In this document: positions 9,678 through 18,904 of the stretch, in pieces | Position numbering within the stretch: the first letter of the stretch is position 1 | Layout: every line of letters starts with the position of its first letter | IMG/VR virus record: IMGVR_UViG_3300032782_000007 | Location: 1-64,000 of that record | DNA: 64,000 nucleotides | Strand: one strand, 5' to 3' | From: a virus | Notes under the pieces: generated by a model | Told to the model about the DNA's origin: nothing | Databases searched by the model: none | Seen by the model: the letters and a program-made list of their open reading frames with translations, nothing else | Position numbers and translations under genes: made by a program

Positions 9678-10907
9678 GTGATGACGCGGCCGTTTTTCGG
9701 TGAAGAGATTGAATCGATCCTAGAAGGCTCGTACGAGCGACTTCGCGGTCGGGTCGAGAAGGCAATTTCGGAATCGGCAGCGCGGCTCTTCGGGAAAGAC
9801 GTTTCGGTGACTGTCGAGGGAACGTTTAACGGCTACGCAGTGGTCGTAACGGCGAAGCCGCTCTCTGAGGGGATGTGGCAGAACTTCAAGGACAACGTCT
9901 CCGATACTGTTGACAACGCGAAGAAGCTTGCGACGGGTTTCGCGACGGGCGGCATGGCGGGGGTGGGCAAAGCGGCGTTGGATGCGAAGCCCGTAGGCAG
10001 CAAGATCGGCCCGCTGACGAATCCGTTTGGTCGTTCCGACGGCAAGACGCTTGGGCAGACTTTGGGCGGCGACAAGGAGGGCGACGATTCGGAGCCCCCG
10101 ATGAAGCCGAAAATGCCGAAAGTGCCGGCACTTCCTGCGGAGAGCGTCGAGTACAACGCGTGGCGCGTCAAATACGAGATCGCAGAGAACAAGGAAGTCA
10201 TGATCGTGGGCTGCGAGCCCATCATGGCGGCGGTGTTCAACGAGGCGCAATTCGCGGAGCAGTCGGCGAGAGCGTTCGTAGAGGCGTTCATGCGGGGAAC
10301 GGCGAGCCGCGCCGATCTCCATTTTGGGCACGTGGTCAAACACGCGCTCGAGGCTGCGCCTCCGGTGGAGCCGACGAAGCTCGTCGAGTCGTTTGAAACG
10401 CTCGTGAAGAGCGATCGTCCGTGGAAGAAGGTCTATCAGGAGCAGCGCGCGGCGATCCAGGGGGCGGTCCGTACGGACCTTCCAGCGCTAGAAGCGTCTC
10501 GTCTTCAGCCCAAGTTCCGCAAACTCTACGACGGAACTCTTATCGAGGGAGATCTCTCGGGCTACCAGAGCCTGGTTACGTCAGACCTGACGTATCTCGC
10601 CGAACGTGTTGCCGGCCTCTCGAATCGAGTTGAGGCTGCGCGCGAGAAGCTCAACGGAGTGGTCCCGGCGCTGAAAAAGCCGAGCGATCCGACCCTAAAA
10701 GGGTTTGAAGTGTTCGTCGAAGATCTTGCAGCGGATCTTCGTGGAATCAGAAATGCGCTCACTGAAGGCGCGAAACACACAATTAGTCTTGACGGCCAAG
10801 CCAAGCTCTACGACGCTTTAGTAGTCGAGCTACATCAGTACGATGTTGCTGGTTTGTTCGTGGAAGCAATGACAACTCGCCTTTCTGCAACAGCAGAGGA
10901 GAAGTAG
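9678..10907 (+). CDS. Probable prohead core/internal protein
   Basis: Between portal and protease; many L/I-x-E sites resembling T4 gp21 cleavage sites. Confidence 0.6.
   Translation: MMTRPFFGEEIESILEGSYERLRGRVEKAISESAARLFGKDVSVTVEGTFNGYAVVVTAKPLSEGMWQNFKDNVSDTVDNAKKLATGFATGGMAGVGKAALDAKPVGSKIGPLTNPFGRSDGKTLGQTLGGDKEGDDSEPPMKPKMPKVPALPAESVEYNAWRVKYEIAENKEVMIVGCEPIMAAVFNEAQFAEQSARAFVEAFMRGTASRADLHFGHVVKHALEAAPPVEPTKLVESFETLVKSDRPWKKVYQEQRAAIQGAVRTDLPALEASRLQPKFRKLYDGTLIEGDLSGYQSLVTSDLTYLAERVAGLSNRVEAAREKLNGVVPALKKPSDPTLKGFEVFVEDLAADLRGIRNALTEGAKHTISLDGQAKLYDALVVELHQYDVAGLFVEAMTTRLSATAEEK
10467..10478. repeat. Palindrome copy 3 (intragenic)
   Basis: ggcgGTCCGTACGGACcttcc. Confidence 0.95.
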
Positions 10908-10912
10908 AAGAC

Positions 10913-11914
10913 ATGTTTGGTCGTCACGCCCCGCTCAGCCCACTCAACGAGGATCTCCGAAAGCTTGGGATCCTTCCCGAGGAGGGACCGGAGACTCCGG
11001 GTCCGTCCGGCGAACCCACCACGAGCGCAGCCGCGCCGGGTCGAAACGTGGGCGCGCTTACCGACAAGCCGAAGGAGAAGGGCGCAGATCCGACGGACGA
11101 AGTTCCGGGTCACGAAGGTGCGAAGCCGCCCGAGGCGAATCTGCCTGTAACGCCTGGCGCGCAGTCAGAGGCGATCAAGGGTGAGCCCGACAAGGTTCGC
11201 GCTGCGCAGCCTCCGGCGAGCGCGGTCGACGGAAAGGTCGCTGCCACCAAGGGTCCGAACGAGTCGCTTCCCGGCCCGCTGTCGGTGCGCGAGGCGGTCC
11301 AGAAGATCCGCACCTCGACGGGTGTTGTCGAGGGCTCGACCCCGCTCGATCGAATCGCGGATGTTCTGACGGACGTCTCGGCGATTATCGAGAACGTCGA
11401 TGCCAAGCATCGCACGGAGACGGTGAAGGCTTTCGCGAACAGCGCGATCATCGCCGAGATGCTCGGTCGCGGTTACGCCGGGTACGCGTACAAGCACCAG
11501 GACGGCGATCTTGCCGAGGCGGCAGAGACGCTTGCGACGATGGCAGGGGAGGCGCGTGACATCGCGCTTGCGCTGGAGTCGGGCGAGGAGCTGGACGCGG
11601 AGGGGGTTGCTGCGGAGTTCCGTCAGCAGATGGACGCTCTCGTCACGGCGATGGATCTCTACGCCGACATCGTCGAGGCAGACGATGATGAAGAGGATGA
11701 TGAGGATCCTGAGGACAAGAAGGGCGACAAGCCGGGCGGCGACAGGGACCCCGCGGAAAAGGACGAAGGGGTCCGTTTCGCGACTCCTCTGATCAAGAAC
11801 AAGGGCCAGGGAGCGACGCCGCGTCCGACTACGGGTGCGGGGGCCGCGCTGAGCCGCCTCAACATGAGTCGAACCGAGGGTACGGGTTTTTTTCCGAAGA
11901 GGGTGACGCGCTAG
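10913..11914 (+). CDS. Probable prohead core protein (acidic, low complexity)
   Basis: GGAG RBS, head-module position, L/I/V-x-E sites; slippery sequence near the 3' end. Confidence 0.65.
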   Translation: MFGRHAPLSPLNEDLRKLGILPEEGPETPGPSGEPTTSAAAPGRNVGALTDKPKEKGADPTDEVPGHEGAKPPEANLPVTPGAQSEAIKGEPDKVRAAQPPASAVDGKVAATKGPNESLPGPLSVREAVQKIRTSTGVVEGSTPLDRIADVLTDVSAIIENVDAKHRTETVKAFANSAIIAEMLGRGYAGYAYKHQDGDLAEAAETLATMAGEARDIALALESGEELDAEGVAAEFRQQMDALVTAMDLYADIVEADDDEEDDEDPEDKKGDKPGGDRDPAEKDEGVRFATPLIKNKGQGATPRPTTGAGAALSRLNMSRTEGTGFFPKRVTR

Positions 11915-12093
11915 GTTGGGAAGATCTCGACGAGTGGCAGCGAAAGAGGCGAACAGCCTACTCGAGCGGTCGACGCGAGATCATCGGGGCCCCTAAAAGC
12001 CCCTTTCGACTGAAACGACGCACTACCAATCCAGGCAACTCACAGATACAGCGAACGAAATTCCGAAGCAACTTCCGTTGGCGCATTCACTGA
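11884..12093 (+). other. Putative -1 frameshift site and 66-codon C-terminal extension
   Basis: G GGT TTT TTT at 11884-11893; the -1 frame is open to TGA 12091-12093, just before the ATG at 12095. Confidence 0.65.
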
Positions 12094-12094
12094 C

Positions 12095-13696
12095 ATGACC
12101 ACCACTGAAACGACCGTAAAGACCGCGAAAGCCCCGAAGCAGCCCAAACAGCTGCTGGTGGACTCATGCTGGGTCCAGCTCCAGTTGGTGGAGGGGCAGC
12201 ACGAGGGGAAGACCATCGTGCGCGGCGAGTTCGCCAAGTGCGGGATTGCAACGGAGAACAAGCGCGTTTATCCGGGGAAGCTCTGGGAGCGGGAGTTCAA
12301 TCGTCTGCGAAAGACGATGAGCGCGGGCTCCTTGTTTGGAGAGAGCGATCACCCGAGCGATGGTCGGACGCAGCTTTCGCGTGTCTCGCACAAGATCACC
12401 AATCTTGAAATCAAAGATGGCGTGGTTGTCGGCGAGGCCGAGATCATGGATACCGCACGCGGTCGAGATCTCAAAGCGATTTTGGCGAGTGGGGGGAAAA
12501 TCGGAATCAGCTCTCGCGGTCTTGGTTCGGTTCGTACGAACGAGCGCGGCGAGGACATCGTTCAGGACGACTACCGGCTTGTGACGTTCGACTTCGTTGC
12601 AGATCCGGCCGACCAGGACGCGTTTCCGGGAGTTTTCTACGAGCATCGAGAGGAACGGATGGAGCAGGACCAAGAGGCGAAGCAGGCGCAGGAATTCGCG
12701 GCGGCCGTTGAGCAGGCCAGGAAAGAGAGCCGCGAGGGAGCCGAGGCGGCGCTTCGTGAGGAGTTCGCCAAAGAGATGGTCACGCGCCTCTCGGCGTTTC
12801 GAGCGGAGATCGCGGAACAGATCCGGGGCGAGCTGCTTTCGGATCCCTCGGTAGCGGGGGCGAAGGTCGCCCTCGAGCGAGTCAAGGACGCTCTTCGACC
12901 GTTCGTGCTTCCTGAGGACGCGAAAATCGTTGGCGAGCAGAAGGACAGCGAGATCGGTCAGCTGAAGAAGATGCTCGCGGAGCAGTCGCTGAGGCTGAAG
13001 ACACTCGAGGAGGAGAAGTCCAACCTCGAGAAGGTGGCCAAAGAGGCCGGCTACAAGTTCTACCTCGAGCGCCAAATCGGTTCGGATCCGGATGCGGAGC
13101 TTATCCGCAAGCTCCTCGGTGACGTAACGGTTTTCAAGACTGGCGCGGAGCTGCAGGAGAAGATCGAAGCGGTCCGTACGGACCTGCAAACCAAGCGGGC
13201 AGAGGCGGCGAAGCTGACCGAGGAGATCGAGGCGGAGAAGCGTGCCGAGCGGGATCGCAAGGAGAAGGAGCGTGTCCGCGCGCTCAAGCACGAGGAGTCA
13301 CTCCGCGAGGAAGTGGCCCAGCTCCGCGAGGCTCTTGCGAAGTCGTACCGCGTGAACCAGGAGTTCGAAGTTCTCTACTACGCGGAAGAGCGTCTTCGCA
13401 ATCATCCGCGTGCCGCCGAGATCCGGCCGCTCGTGGAGAACTCGACTCTCGAGTCGAAAGAGCAGATCGACAAGATTCTGGACGGATTCCGTGCAGCACC
13501 GCTGCAGTCGGAGGAAGTCGCGAATGTCAGGGCGCGCGTGCGCCAGCTTACCCAGGGGGGTCATGGACCGGACGCAATCGAGGAGGCAAAGCCTGCTCGG
13601 CCGCGGTCGGAAAATGGAGGATTTTTCGAGCGTTTGGGAACAACCAGGGAAGAGCAGCGCGGCCTGATGGGCTTCGCTCCCACCCGAACGAAGTGA
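12095..13696 (+). CDS. Prohead protease (T4 gp21-like) fused to a coiled-coil scaffold
   Basis: NKRVYP, GESDHP, GISSRGLGS, DFVADPA, then a long E/K/R coiled coil. Confidence 0.9.
   Translation: MTTTETTVKTAKAPKQPKQLLVDSCWVQLQLVEGQHEGKTIVRGEFAKCGIATENKRVYPGKLWEREFNRLRKTMSAGSLFGESDHPSDGRTQLSRVSHKITNLEIKDGVVVGEAEIMDTARGRDLKAILASGGKIGISSRGLGSVRTNERGEDIVQDDYRLVTFDFVADPADQDAFPGVFYEHREERMEQDQEAKQAQEFAAAVEQARKESREGAEAALREEFAKEMVTRLSAFRAEIAEQIRGELLSDPSVAGAKVALERVKDALRPFVLPEDAKIVGEQKDSEIGQLKKMLAEQSLRLKTLEEEKSNLEKVAKEAGYKFYLERQIGSDPDAELIRKLLGDVTVFKTGAELQEKIEAVRTDLQTKRAEAAKLTEEIEAEKRAERDRKEKERVRALKHEESLREEVAQLREALAKSYRVNQEFEVLYYAEERLRNHPRAAEIRPLVENSTLESKEQIDKILDGFRAAPLQSEEVANVRARVRQLTQGGHGPDAIEEAKPARPRSENGGFFERLGTTREEQRGLMGFAPTRTK
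13172..13183. repeat. Palindrome copy 4 (intragenic)
   Basis: aagcgGTCCGTACGGACctgc. Confidence 0.95.
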
Positions 13697-13738
13697 CGAA
13701 CGAGTCCCGCATAGCGGGAACCATTTGAGGCAAACAAG

Positions 13739-15247
13739 ATGTCTACAGAAGCACGTGAAATATTGGCAGAGCAGCAGGCGCGGACGATCGCCGACAAGAG
13801 CTACGTCCGAAGCCTTGTTCAGAAGTGGGGCGAGTTTCTCGAGGGGATTCCGGACAAGACGGAACAGCAGCGCTACACGCTCGGCGTGGCGGCGATCCTC
13901 ATGGAGAACCAGTGCCAGCACCTCTTGACGATGAACGAGGACACGCGAACGGCCAACGTTGGTTCGTTCACGAAGTTCATCTTCCCGATCCTGCGCCGGG
14001 TCTTCCCGAACCTGATCGCGAACGAGATCGTCTCGGTACAGCCGATGACGGCTCCGACGGCGGCGGTCTTCTACCTCGACTACGTCTACGGCACGACCAA
14101 GGGCCAGACGCAGGCGGGAAACGTCTTCCCGCGTGACTTCGACCGCAACTACTCCTCGGAGTACGTGCAGGGCGAAATCCTTTGGACGGGTGACGGTACC
14201 CACGGTGGTGGTGCGGGCACGGCGATCTCGCTGAGCCTCGCGTTCAACCCAGTTCGTCCGCTCAACACGACGCTCGGCTTCTCCTGCGTGGTTCAGGAAG
14301 AGGACTCGACGGGCACGGCGGTCCAGGTGGCGACCGACAACGGAACGGGTGGATTCACCTTCGTTCCGGCTGGCGGATCCACCGCGGGCACGATCAACTA
14401 CTCGAACGGCGCGATCTCTGGATTCAAGTTCCAGAACGCTCCGGCGAGCGGAAACAAGGTCCGAGCCTACTACTACTACGACGGGGAGCTGAACCAGAAG
14501 GTTCCGCAGATCAACCTCGACGTCAAGCAGGCGCCGGTTCAGGCCCAGCCGCGTCGACTGAAGGCGCTCTGGTCGGCAGAGGCCGCTGAGGACCTCCGCG
14601 CGTTCCACGGGATCGACGCTGAGACCGAAATGGTTTCGGCTGTCGCCCAGGACATCGCGCTCGAGATCGACCGTGAGATCGTCAACGATCTCTTCGCGGC
14701 CTCGACGGGAACGACCGCGTCGTTCGACCGTGTACCCCCGGCGGGTATCGCGGAGATCGACCACCTCCGCGCGATGATCACGCAGATCTCGACGGTGTCG
14801 AACCTCATCCACAAGAAAACGCTGCGTGCGCCCGCGAACTTCATCGTCACGTCCCCGGACGTGTCGGCGCTGATCGCGCAGCTCACCACGCACGGTGACT
14901 ACCGTCCGCTCTGGGTCAGCGGCGGCGAATCCCCGTACGGCCCGGCAGACATGCCGCGTCCGCTCACCCAGCACGGGCAGTTCGGTATCTACAAGACCGG
15001 AACGCTCATGAACAAGTGGATGGTCTACGAAGACCCGTTCTTCACGCGCGATCAGATGCTGATCGGGCTCAAGGGCGGAAGCTTCCTCGACGCCGGATAC
15101 GTCTGGGCGCCGTACATCCCGCTTCAGGTGACTCCGACCTTCCTCGATCCGGCAGACTTTTCCTTCAGGAAGGGCCTCCGCACGCGTTACGCTAAGAAGT
15201 TGCTTCGAAGCGAATTCTACGGCCAAATGCGAATTCTTAATCTTTGA
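13739..15247 (+). CDS. Major capsid protein, T4 gp23-like
   Basis: RRVFPNLIANEIVSVQPM, RRLKALWSAEAAEDLRAFHGIDAETE, ALEIDREI, DAGYVWAPYIPL, GLRTRYA. Confidence 0.95.
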   Translation: MSTEAREILAEQQARTIADKSYVRSLVQKWGEFLEGIPDKTEQQRYTLGVAAILMENQCQHLLTMNEDTRTANVGSFTKFIFPILRRVFPNLIANEIVSVQPMTAPTAAVFYLDYVYGTTKGQTQAGNVFPRDFDRNYSSEYVQGEILWTGDGTHGGGAGTAISLSLAFNPVRPLNTTLGFSCVVQEEDSTGTAVQVATDNGTGGFTFVPAGGSTAGTINYSNGAISGFKFQNAPASGNKVRAYYYYDGELNQKVPQINLDVKQAPVQAQPRRLKALWSAEAAEDLRAFHGIDAETEMVSAVAQDIALEIDREIVNDLFAASTGTTASFDRVPPAGIAEIDHLRAMITQISTVSNLIHKKTLRAPANFIVTSPDVSALIAQLTTHGDYRPLWVSGGESPYGPADMPRPLTQHGQFGIYKTGTLMNKWMVYEDPFFTRDQMLIGLKGGSFLDAGYVWAPYIPLQVTPTFLDPADFSFRKGLRTRYAKKLLRSEFYGQMRILNL

Positions 15248-15269
15248 TCCAGTAACACTGGAATTTCCT

Positions 15270-15306
15270 CCGGAAACCTCGGCGAAAGCCGGGGTTTCCG
15301 GCATTT
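15270..15306 (+). terminator. Intrinsic terminator after the MCP gene
   Basis: CCGGAAACCTCGGC-GAAA-GCCGGGGTTTCCGG followed by CATTT. Confidence 0.8.
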
Positions 15307-15364
15307 AAGGGTCCACACAAAATTTGTGTTGAACGTGCACGCCTCGGAGCGTATAACTCTCGGC

Positions 15365-16465
15365 ATGGGTCGAGTCGCAGGGAAGAAGCACGAGAAGCCG
15401 CGGGTATACTTGGCGCCCGAGCAGAAAACAGCATTGGTCCGTCGATACAACGAGGCGTTAGCCTCGAACGAGTTCCTCACGCAGGCCCAGCTGGGGGCGG
15501 AGTTCGGAATCACGCAGGTAGCGGCAAGCAAGATTCTCCGTGCGGCGGGGGTGAGGACGCGTTCCCGTGAGGAGGCGTGCCCGACGCGGATAGATCCTCA
15601 GGAGGCAGCTAGGATCTACCTGGAGAACCCTCGAATGACGATCGAAGAGGTCGGCGAGCTGTACGACGTCGGTTACACGGCGACTCGAGACCAGCTGCTC
15701 AAAGCGGGAGTACCGTTGAGGACGTCAACGGACTACGCGCGATACGCGTGCAACAGGAATTTCTTTGCTGAGGTGAACCCTACGACCGCGTACTTTGCGG
15801 GGTTCATCGCCGCTGACGGATACATCACCAAATCGGGTTTGTCCGTGAATTTCGGGCTCCATCCGAAAGACGCGGTGATTCTGACGAATCTCAAGGCAGC
15901 CTGTGGATCGGAGCATCCAATAGTGGTCAGGCCTAACAACACAGGGAGGTTATACAGCTGGCTCTCGGTGTGCAGCATCGACTGGGTGCGGGACCTCGAG
16001 CGTCACTACAATATCGTCAACGCGAAGTCGTTGATCCTTAGGCCTCCGAATCTGACCGATGAGGGCCTGATCTGGCACTTCATCCGCGGCTACTTCGACG
16101 GCGATGGACATGCAAGTCTTGCCGGTCTGGTACATATCATCACAGGTTCCCAGGCGTTTATGGGCTGGCTGAAAGAGATTCTAGGAGAGCCCGGGCACAT
16201 CCAGGAACACGAGTGGCTCAACGAGGACAAGGAGACCTACATTTGCGGCTACGGCGCCTGGTGGTCTAAACTTGCGGACGCTAAACGGATTGCGCTGAAA
16301 ATGTACGCCGACTCCACGCCCGCCATCCGGCTGGAGCGTAAATTTCTGCGTTTGCAACGGCATTTCGGGCCTGGGCCTCAGACGGCGCCCGAAGAGTTCG
16401 AGGACGTTCTCGAGCTAGACGACGCGGACGACGCCCCCGAGTTGGAACGGATTAAAGGCGCTTGA
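15365..16465 (+). CDS. Free-standing LAGLIDADG homing endonuclease with N-terminal HTH repeats
   Basis: AYFAGFIAADGYI and HFIRGYFDGDGH; TTGAAC-17-TATAAC lies 7 nt before ATG 15365. Confidence 0.9.
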   Translation: MGRVAGKKHEKPRVYLAPEQKTALVRRYNEALASNEFLTQAQLGAEFGITQVAASKILRAAGVRTRSREEACPTRIDPQEAARIYLENPRMTIEEVGELYDVGYTATRDQLLKAGVPLRTSTDYARYACNRNFFAEVNPTTAYFAGFIAADGYITKSGLSVNFGLHPKDAVILTNLKAACGSEHPIVVRPNNTGRLYSWLSVCSIDWVRDLERHYNIVNAKSLILRPPNLTDEGLIWHFIRGYFDGDGHASLAGLVHIITGSQAFMGWLKEILGEPGHIQEHEWLNEDKETYICGYGAWWSKLADAKRIALKMYADSTPAIRLERKFLRLQRHFGPGPQTAPEEFEDVLELDDADDAPELERIKGA

Positions 16466-16884
16466 AATCCGTGTCGGAATTGTGTCTCCACAGCTCCAAA
16501 GGGATCCTTCGGTACGAGATCGTCCCGGGGTACGGGTACCGAGCGGTCGTGGAGATCGACGAGGAGATCTCCAATTTCGCGCGCGCCCTGATCCCCAAAT
16601 CGATTCGTTGGAACCGACCCCTGTACGCGCCGCACATCTCCGTGATTCGCAAGGAGACTCCAAGGAACTTGTACGTCTGGGGGGCCTACCAGGGGGAGGA
16701 GATCCCCTTCGAGTATGACTCGACGCTCTTTAACGATGCCACCTACTGGTGGCTGAGGTGCTGGAGTCGGCGCCTAGAGACGATCAGAGAGGAACTGGGA
16801 CTCCCCACGCACACCTCGTACACGAGGGCCCCTGACGGCGCACAGTGCTTTCACACGACGGTGGCGAATACCAAGGGAATGTAG
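16462..16884 (+). CDS. 2H phosphoesterase (Acb1-like fold)
   Basis: Two HxS/T motifs, APHISV and FHTTV, in 140 aa. Confidence 0.75.
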   Translation: MKSVSELCLHSSKGILRYEIVPGYGYRAVVEIDEEISNFARALIPKSIRWNRPLYAPHISVIRKETPRNLYVWGAYQGEEIPFEYDSTLFNDATYWWLRCWSRRLETIREELGLPTHTSYTRAPDGAQCFHTTVANTKGM

Positions 16885-16936
16885 TGGACATACGACGCGC
16901 GTGACAATCGTCTCAGTCCGTGGTAGCTTCTCGCGT

Positions 16937-17230
16937 ATGAAGAACGAGACGATTGAGACGACGGGGATGAAGATCGCGCAACTCATGTGGCCGCACGCGA
17001 TTCTCGTGGGGGCCCTTGTGGGTCGTTCCACGGGGTCGAAGGCTGGCGACAAGCACTCCGCGATGTTGTACGGAAGCCTCGACGGGAGCAACTGCTCCTT
17101 CGAGGTCATGGACGAGGGCGCGACGAAGCTCGAGGCGTTCCGCAAGGTGGTCCGAAAGTGCCTCCGGACGACAACTGGGGCTGCGCGCGCGGAGATCGAG
17201 CAGCTCGCTGCGGCAGCCGAACGCGAGTAG
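16937..17230 (+). CDS. Hypothetical protein (leaderless)
   Basis: GTGACA-17-TAGCTT (16901-16929) lies 7 nt before the ATG. Confidence 0.55.
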   Translation: MKNETIETTGMKIAQLMWPHAILVGALVGRSTGSKAGDKHSAMLYGSLDGSNCSFEVMDEGATKLEAFRKVVRKCLRTTTGAARAEIEQLAAAAERE

Positions 17231-17264
17231 TCGTGCGCGCCTTTTGGCGGGTGTTGAGGGTGAA

Positions 17265-17792
17265 ATGCTAATTCTCGATATCGGCGCGCGTCCAATCCGC
17301 GTCACTTACACCTACGAAGTAGCCACCGAATACCCGCCGCAGCGCGGCGACTCCTACCAGGACCGTTCCACGCACGCGGAGTGGGTGGTAGCGGAGGTCG
17401 TTACGGCTCCGCCGGCGATTCGTAATCCGCCCGCGACGAAGCCCCTGTACGAGGTGACACTGCGATCTCCCTGGGGAGCGCCTGCTGTGCCGATGCGTTT
17501 GATCGCGATGTACGAGCAGGCGCTCGGCGGGTACCTCCAGAGAACCCCTACCGGCTCCGTTCTCGGGCTCGGAGAGCTTCCAGGGCTAGCCCACTCGTGG
17601 ATGTTCAGGGAGAACATCAACGCCAACGGGGAGCGCGAGTTCGCTCTGTTTGTGGGACCGCGTGTGGGATCTTTCGTCGAGTTCTGTGGCAGCCTCATCG
17701 AGTACAAAACGCCGTGGGAGGATCGGGACTCGCTTCCGTGGTGGTTCGTCGAGCAATCGCAGTCGCAGTTTCGTAAGGACTTCCATGAATAA
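17265..17792 (+). CDS. Hypothetical protein
   Basis: GAGG RBS; tiles with neighbouring genes. Confidence 0.55.
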   Translation: MLILDIGARPIRVTYTYEVATEYPPQRGDSYQDRSTHAEWVVAEVVTAPPAIRNPPATKPLYEVTLRSPWGAPAVPMRLIAMYEQALGGYLQRTPTGSVLGLGELPGLAHSWMFRENINANGEREFALFVGPRVGSFVEFCGSLIEYKTPWEDRDSLPWWFVEQSQSQFRKDFHE

Positions 17793-18144
17793 CGGTTATC
17801 CAGGCGTGGGCCAAACACCGCTGTTTGCTCCGCGACTGCGTGTAGAGCTGGAACACGTCAAGCACGGTATCCAGACGATGCTCACGGCGCATACGGAAGA
17901 ACTTCAGCAGATGGCGGAGGAAGCGCTCGCGGAGCTTCTCGTTCCAGAGAAGATCGCCGAGCGAGTACGTCAGGAGGTTGAGGCCCAGCTTCGGCGGGTC
18001 CTGGACGAGACGATTGTCACTGCGATTCGATCGTCCGTCGGCGATGTCGTATTCGAACGAGTTCGAGAGGCTACGTTGTTGGCGGCGAAAACGGAGGTAG
18101 AACGCCTCTCGAAGCGCGCCAAGCGCGGCCGCCAGCGACGTTGA
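17785..18144 (+). CDS. Hypothetical helical protein
   Basis: AAGGA RBS; overlaps the upstream stop. Confidence 0.6.
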   Translation: MNNGYPGVGQTPLFAPRLRVELEHVKHGIQTMLTAHTEELQQMAEEALAELLVPEKIAERVRQEVEAQLRRVLDETIVTAIRSSVGDVVFERVREATLLAAKTEVERLSKRAKRGRQRR

Positions 18145-18169
18145 CAATCCCTTCCATCTCGCGTAGTGT
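18141..18169 (+). promoter_or_regulatory. Sigma70 promoter giving a leaderless transcript
   Basis: TTGACA-17-TAGTGT, 6 nt before ATG 18176. Confidence 0.75.
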
Positions 18170-18175
18170 CGCTGT

Positions 18176-18904
18176 ATGAACCGACGAGATCTGCTCAAGC
18201 TAGTTGGGGCGCTTCCTGTGCTCGGAATGTCGCGGACCGCTGAAGGGGCGCCGGAGGCAGCGAAGGTCCGTACGGACCTCTCGAAAGATACGTTCGTCTT
18301 AGCAGACAACGTCGAGCCGATCGCCGCAGATCCGGCGAGGGCGGCGGACCGCCTGAATGCGAACTTTGACAGGCTCGCAGCTTCGCACCCAGCCTGGTGG
18401 TCCCCTGCGGAGGAGGATCTGCAGCTGCAACGACGGATCTGCAATCGTCTGTGCAGATTGCTGATCGATCTGCGGTGTCAGTTCCTGGACGGGCACGAGG
18501 GGGAAGATCCCGCGGCGCCTTTCTACCCTCACCAGAGCCCCACATTGATTCGCGATCACGTGGTGTTCGCAACAACGGATAGTCCCTTTGCGGTCCTCAA
18601 CGGCCAGGCCAAGCCTGCGTACGCGCGACGTTTGCGCGTGGCGTCGATCCCGCAGTTCCGAGGCATGCTCGACGACGTACGGGCGTACCACGGAATCGAC
18701 GTGGACTATGAAATCGTCAGCGGTGTGGCCTCGCAGACTGCGCTTGAGGTGTGCGCAGAGATTCGCAAAGACTGGGAGCGCGGTGTGAAGACGCGAGTCT
18801 ACGCTCTCTACATGGGTCCGTTCGTTCAAGGAGTGGACCCGGAGGTTGCAAAAGAGTTCTCCGTAGAGCGCCGATCGATGATCCGGTACGCGAAGTTCAC
18901 ATGA
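18176..18904 (+). CDS. Truncated major-capsid paralog with a Tat-like signal peptide
   Basis: N-terminus MNRRDLLKLVGALPVLGMSRTAEGA; 18/33 identity to the MCP block DLRAFHGID...EIVND; C-terminal FS-x7-RYAK as in the MCP. Confidence 0.8.
   Translation: MNRRDLLKLVGALPVLGMSRTAEGAPEAAKVRTDLSKDTFVLADNVEPIAADPARAADRLNANFDRLAASHPAWWSPAEEDLQLQRRICNRLCRLLIDLRCQFLDGHEGEDPAAPFYPHQSPTLIRDHVVFATTDSPFAVLNGQAKPAYARRLRVASIPQFRGMLDDVRAYHGIDVDYEIVSGVASQTALEVCAEIRKDWERGVKTRVYALYMGPFVQGVDPEVAKEFSVERRSMIRYAKFT
18266..18277. repeat. Palindrome copy 5 (intragenic; 16-bp perfect palindrome 18264-18279)
   Basis: gaagGTCCGTACGGACctct. Confidence 0.95.

Noticed and set aside
13298-15304. 668-aa minus-strand ORF
   Set aside because: Antisense shadow of the GC3-biased MCP gene with no motifs; the same applies to other long antisense ORFs such as 12164-13291
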